Assembly (NCBI GenBank): GCA_963849105.1
Contig: CAWKGD010000002.1
Location: 33,067 to 97,066 of the forward strand
DNA from: an uncultured Acidimicrobiaceae bacterium
Lineage (GTDB): Bacteria > Actinomycetota > Acidimicrobiia > Acidimicrobiales > Bog-793
Direction: 5' to 3'
DNA length: 64,000 nt
Program-made: the position numbers and the translations under genes
Notes under the pieces: model-generated
Told to the model about the DNA's origin: nothing
Databases searched by the model: none
What the model saw: only the letters and a program-made list of their open reading frames with translations
Shown: positions 60,629 through 64,000 of the stretch, in pieces
How the letters are laid out: each line of letters begins with the position of its first letter
Numbering within the stretch: the first letter of the stretch is position 1

Positions 60629-61543
60629 GTGGACTTCTCGCCCTCAGCCTTTGTCGCCGGTCTCGGCGTCGGCCTCGTTGTTGGGCTGACCGGCTCGGGA
60701 GGCGGCGCGCTGTTGACGCCGATCCTCATCCTCGCCGTCGGGGCGAACGCCAAATCGGCGGTAGCGACCGACCTCGTCGCGTCGTTGGTGATGCGCCCCG
60801 TCGCGGCGGCTGTCCACCTCAGGCGATCGCTTGTCAACTGGTCGATCGCGAAATGGATGGTCGTCGGGTCGGTGCCGGCCGCGTTCACCTCGGGCGCTCT
60901 CTCCGGCGCGTTCATCCCGACGAAGTCGGCCGACGCGCTTCTCGAGCCGGTGATCGGCGCGTTGCTCATCGTCTCGGGAGCAGGCGCGATCGCCCGCCGA
61001 TTCGTTCGCACGCGCAATGGGACCGCAACGCGTGTCAGCGGAGGCGCCATCGTCGCGCGACCGCTTCTCACCGTGGCGGTCGGAGTCGCCGGCGGCGTCG
61101 CGGTCGGAGTGACTTCGGTGGGTTCGGGCACCCTGATGCTCGTCGCGTTGGCCTTCATCTACCCGGGGCTCAGCGCGCACGAGCTCGTCGGCACCGACCT
61201 CGTCCAGGCCGTGCCCCTCGTACTCGCCGCAGCAACCGGTCACCTCGTAGCAGGAGGCGTGCATATTCCCCTCACCGCCGCGGTCGCGCTCGGTGGCATC
61301 CCGGGTGCGCTCTTCGGCGCGTGGGTGTCGAAGTTCTTCTCTGCGCGAAAGCTCGGCGCAATCGTCGCCACGGTGATCTTCGCTTCCGGTTGCGCGCTGA
61401 TCGGATGGCTGCCCGGCGCGATCGTCGGAGCGATCGCTGCGCTAACCACCGCAGTCGCGATCGGTGCCGCCCGACGTCTAGGTGCGAGCCGTGACGAGAC
61501 GACGGCACCGATCGAAACGGTGACGGCGGCTTCGGGTACCTAG
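60629..61543 (+). CDS. sulfite exporter TauE/SafE-family membrane protein
   Basis: GLVVGLTGSGGGALLTP, AVATDL, VGVTSVGSGTL, LVGTDLVQAVPL. Confidence 0.9.
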   Translation: MDFSPSAFVAGLGVGLVVGLTGSGGGALLTPILILAVGANAKSAVATDLVASLVMRPVAAAVHLRRSLVNWSIAKWMVVGSVPAAFTSGALSGAFIPTKSADALLEPVIGALLIVSGAGAIARRFVRTRNGTATRVSGGAIVARPLLTVAVGVAGGVAVGVTSVGSGTLMLVALAFIYPGLSAHELVGTDLVQAVPLVLAAATGHLVAGGVHIPLTAAVALGGIPGALFGAWVSKFFSARKLGAIVATVIFASGCALIGWLPGAIVGAIAALTTAVAIGAARRLGASRDETTAPIETVTAASGT

Positions 61544-61672
61544 CGACCGCTGCGCAGCTTCGCATCGCGAAAGGCGGCGCTCGTACGCAACTTTGGACGC
61601 TCGCTCGGATGTTAAATCCGGCCGCGATCCTCGCGAAGTGCCGCTTCGCGGGGCGATGTACGGTCAGAGACC

Positions 61673-64000
61673 GTGGGTGCGCGCGAAGGTGCGGTCCGAC
61701 CTCGCCTCGGACTGATCGCGCACACGCTCAGGTGGCGGTTCGGCTCGTCGCTGATGCTGTTCGTCATCGCGACGCTCGCCATCGCGGGCGCCGCGGTCGG
61801 GCCGATCTTCCTCTCCTCTTCGGCGACCTCGGTCCTCGCGACGACGTTGTCGTCGTCGCCGCCGGGGCTCGCGGACGTTTTGTTCTTGGAAAGCGGTTCG
61901 GAATCGATCGTCCACCAAGTCGACGACGCCGCGAAGACCGCGAACACAGCCAGTCACGACCTGCTTGCAAAACCGATCTTCGTCGCCGACCTCGGCACTG
62001 GCTACCTGAAATCGCGCGTCCTGTTCGTCGAGGATTTGTTGTGGCGGACGGATATCTGTCAGCACCTCCGCATGATCCAAGGGGTCTGCGCGACAAAGAA
62101 CGGCACCGTGTCGCTCTCCGCGAGGAGCGCAAAGGCGCTCGGCGATCACGTCGGTAGCCGGATCCACCTGAGCCTCGCCAACAACCCGAAGCACACCTGG
62201 GTGACCGTCGTCGGGATCTACCTGCAGCCGCCGACGGCGAACACGTCGTACTGGCGGGGGATCAATTACTTCCAATACGGCTCAGGCAGCACGGTCGGAA
62301 CGAACGCCGGTGCGAAGGCTGGTGCAATCGCGTCGATCGTGCTCGACCCGTTGGTCACATCGCGCGCGACGGTCTTTGCCGCCAGCGCCGCGAACGAACA
62401 GGTTCAGTATTCCGCAGACGCCCCCTGGCGCCCGAAGGCATGGGTCATCGGCAAGGGTGCGCTGCGAGGCGCGCTCGCAAGGATCGAATCCTCGCTCGCG
62501 AAGACGTACCAGATACAGGTGGAGTCTGGCTTGCCTTCGATCATCGCCTCCGCCCAACACAACGTGAACCTGATGAGCGCAATCGTGCTCGCGATCGTCT
62601 TGCAACTCGTGCTGCTCGCGCTCGTCGTGCTGTACGGGCTGGGGCGATCGACTGCTGCCGGACGGCGCGTCGAAGCGGACTTCGCGCGTCGGCGCGGATT
62701 CACGCGAGCCGGGTTGCTGTTCCTCGCCGTCTCCGAACCCGCGGCATTGATCGGTGCGGCGCTCCCCGTCGGCATCCTCGTCGCCTGGGGAGCGATGCGC
62801 ATCTTCGGCGACGCGTATCTCTACCGCGGCGTATCGGTCGGCATCACCTGGCTCTCGGTCGTCGCCGGACTCGCCGCGTTCGTCGCCGCGATCGTCGCCA
62901 CGGCGCTCGCCTCGTACGGGCTGTGGCGCCACGCGTCGCGCGAGAACCGCCGGGCGGGGACGACCGCGGTGATGGTCGACGCGTTCGGGGTGGCGCTCGG
63001 GGTCGCCGGCCTGCTCGCGTTGGCGACGAAAGGCGCGTTGAACGGCACGCACGCCAACCCGCTCGCTGCCATCGCCCCTGGTCTGCTCGCCGTCGGCGGC
63101 GCCGTTATCGGGCTGCGCCTGACGGCGGTGTTGGCTGGCGGGCTCGTGCGCTCCACGCGCGCCTCGCGCCATGTGGCGTGGTTCCTCGCCATCCGGCAGA
63201 TCGGACGTCGGCCGGACGTGTTGCGTCGGCTCTTCCCGCTCGCCGCGGCGACGTCGGTCGTGATGTTCGCCGTCGGCAGCTACGCGCTCGCCTCGGTGAA
63301 CCGCACCCGGGTCGCGGACTTCGAGACCGGCGCCTATCGCGTCGTCGACGTCACCCCTCCGCTCGGAGCGAACTTCCTTGCCGCGGTGCGCGCCGCCGAC
63401 CCGAGCGGCAAGCAGGCGATGGCCGTCGCGTACGACTACGCGCAGAACGGCGAGCTTCTGGCGGTCGACTCGACGCGATTCGCGAGCATCGCGTCGTGGC
63501 CGTCGGGTCTGACCCGTCAATCCGCCGCGTCGATCATCCGTCGCGTCGAGGTGAAGTTGCCTCACGCGGTGACGTTCGTCGGCTCGACTTTGAAGATGAC
63601 GCTCGACATGCCGAGCAGGACACCGGCGATTCTCGCCGCGGTCGATGTGCTGAACGAGGCGTACGTCGGGCAGTACTACCAGTACTTCGGCCCGCTTCGA
63701 CAAGGCACCCACTCCTATGTCGTGCCGCTCCAAGGCGACTGCGTCGAGACGTGTCGTCTCGCCGGCCTCGACTTCGCGTTCTTGAACTCGAACAACTTCG
63801 GCGGAAAGCGCGTGACGATCCGACTGGAGTCGCTCTCGATCGACGCCGCAGGGTCGGTGTGGAAGCCGATCGCCTTCGGTGCGCGCTCGCGTGATTCGTG
63901 GACGCCGGCGTCCGCGGGAGTAAGCGTCACTTCCTTCGTGCACGGCGTGCCCGGCGTGCTGTTCGAGATCCCGTCCGAATACCTGATCTCGGGTGTCGCC
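61673..64000 (+). CDS. large FtsX-like ABC permease (partial, runs off the right edge; absent from the ORF track)
   Basis: Open frame from GTG 61673: LRWRFGSSLMLFVIATLAIAGAAVGPIF; FtsX-like RRVEADFARRRGF..GLLFLAVSEP; TM clusters alternate with extracytoplasmic domains. Confidence 0.8.
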   Translation, partial: MGAREGAVRPRLGLIAHTLRWRFGSSLMLFVIATLAIAGAAVGPIFLSSSATSVLATTLSSSPPGLADVLFLESGSESIVHQVDDAAKTANTASHDLLAKPIFVADLGTGYLKSRVLFVEDLLWRTDICQHLRMIQGVCATKNGTVSLSARSAKALGDHVGSRIHLSLANNPKHTWVTVVGIYLQPPTANTSYWRGINYFQYGSGSTVGTNAGAKAGAIASIVLDPLVTSRATVFAASAANEQVQYSADAPWRPKAWVIGKGALRGALARIESSLAKTYQIQVESGLPSIIASAQHNVNLMSAIVLAIVLQLVLLALVVLYGLGRSTAAGRRVEADFARRRGFTRAGLLFLAVSEPAALIGAALPVGILVAWGAMRIFGDAYLYRGVSVGITWLSVVAGLAAFVAAIVATALASYGLWRHASRENRRAGTTAVMVDAFGVALGVAGLLALATKGALNGTHANPLAAIAPGLLAVGGAVIGLRLTAVLAGGLVRSTRASRHVAWFLAIRQIGRRPDVLRRLFPLAAATSVVMFAVGSYALASVNRTRVADFETGAYRVVDVTPPLGANFLAAVRAADPSGKQAMAVAYDYAQNGELLAVDSTRFASIASWPSGLTRQSAASIIRRVEVKLPHAVTFVGSTLKMTLDMPSRTPAILAAVDVLNEAYVGQYYQYFGPLRQGTHSYVVPLQGDCVETCRLAGLDFAFLNSNNFGGKRVTIRLESLSIDAAGSVWKPIAFGARSRDSWTPASAGVSVTSFVHGVPGVLFEIPSEYLISGVA

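Noticed and set aside
1-64000. CRISPR arrays, tRNA/rRNA genes, IS elements, prophage or defence systems
   Set aside because: No regularly spaced repeats, cloverleaf or rRNA-like tracts, transposase, integrase or phage motifs were seen; nearly all sequence is accounted for by identifiable CDS.

Overview
A high-GC actinobacterial chromosomal segment. Gene content and order suggest Acidimicrobiia (inference). It is mostly housekeeping: menaquinone genes (menB, menA, menH, menD), tyrS, rnd, nfuA, the conserved aroC-aroKB-aroQ-pepQ-efp-nusB and pyrR-pyrB-pyrC-carAB-pyrD-pyrF-mihF-gmk-rpoZ-coaBC-metK-priA clusters, rpsO-pnp-M16 peptidase, an Opp/Dpp-type ABC importer and a truncated FtsX-type permease. 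Accessory modules are an agmatine deiminase islet with a gutted permease, a CCAEP-tail B12/radical SAM + ATP-grasp + Cys-rich protein operon, a Clp divergon, and a DNA repair cluster. In the Clp divergon an active ClpP faces an XRE regulator and a triad-less ClpP paralogue that ends in an IGF motif, with a perfect operator-like palindrome between them. The repair cluster comprises ECF sigma, Ogt-Ada(Zn), a 5'-3' nuclease, LigC, a PHP protein and Prim-PolC. Sequence-level oddities are an aroKB frame with no stop (G6 tract), two probable CTG starts in CTGA stop/start overlaps, many apparently leaderless genes, and menH inverted inside the men cluster. I saw no rRNA, tRNA, CRISPR array, transposase or integrase. 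All product calls come from motif recognition by eye, without database searches.
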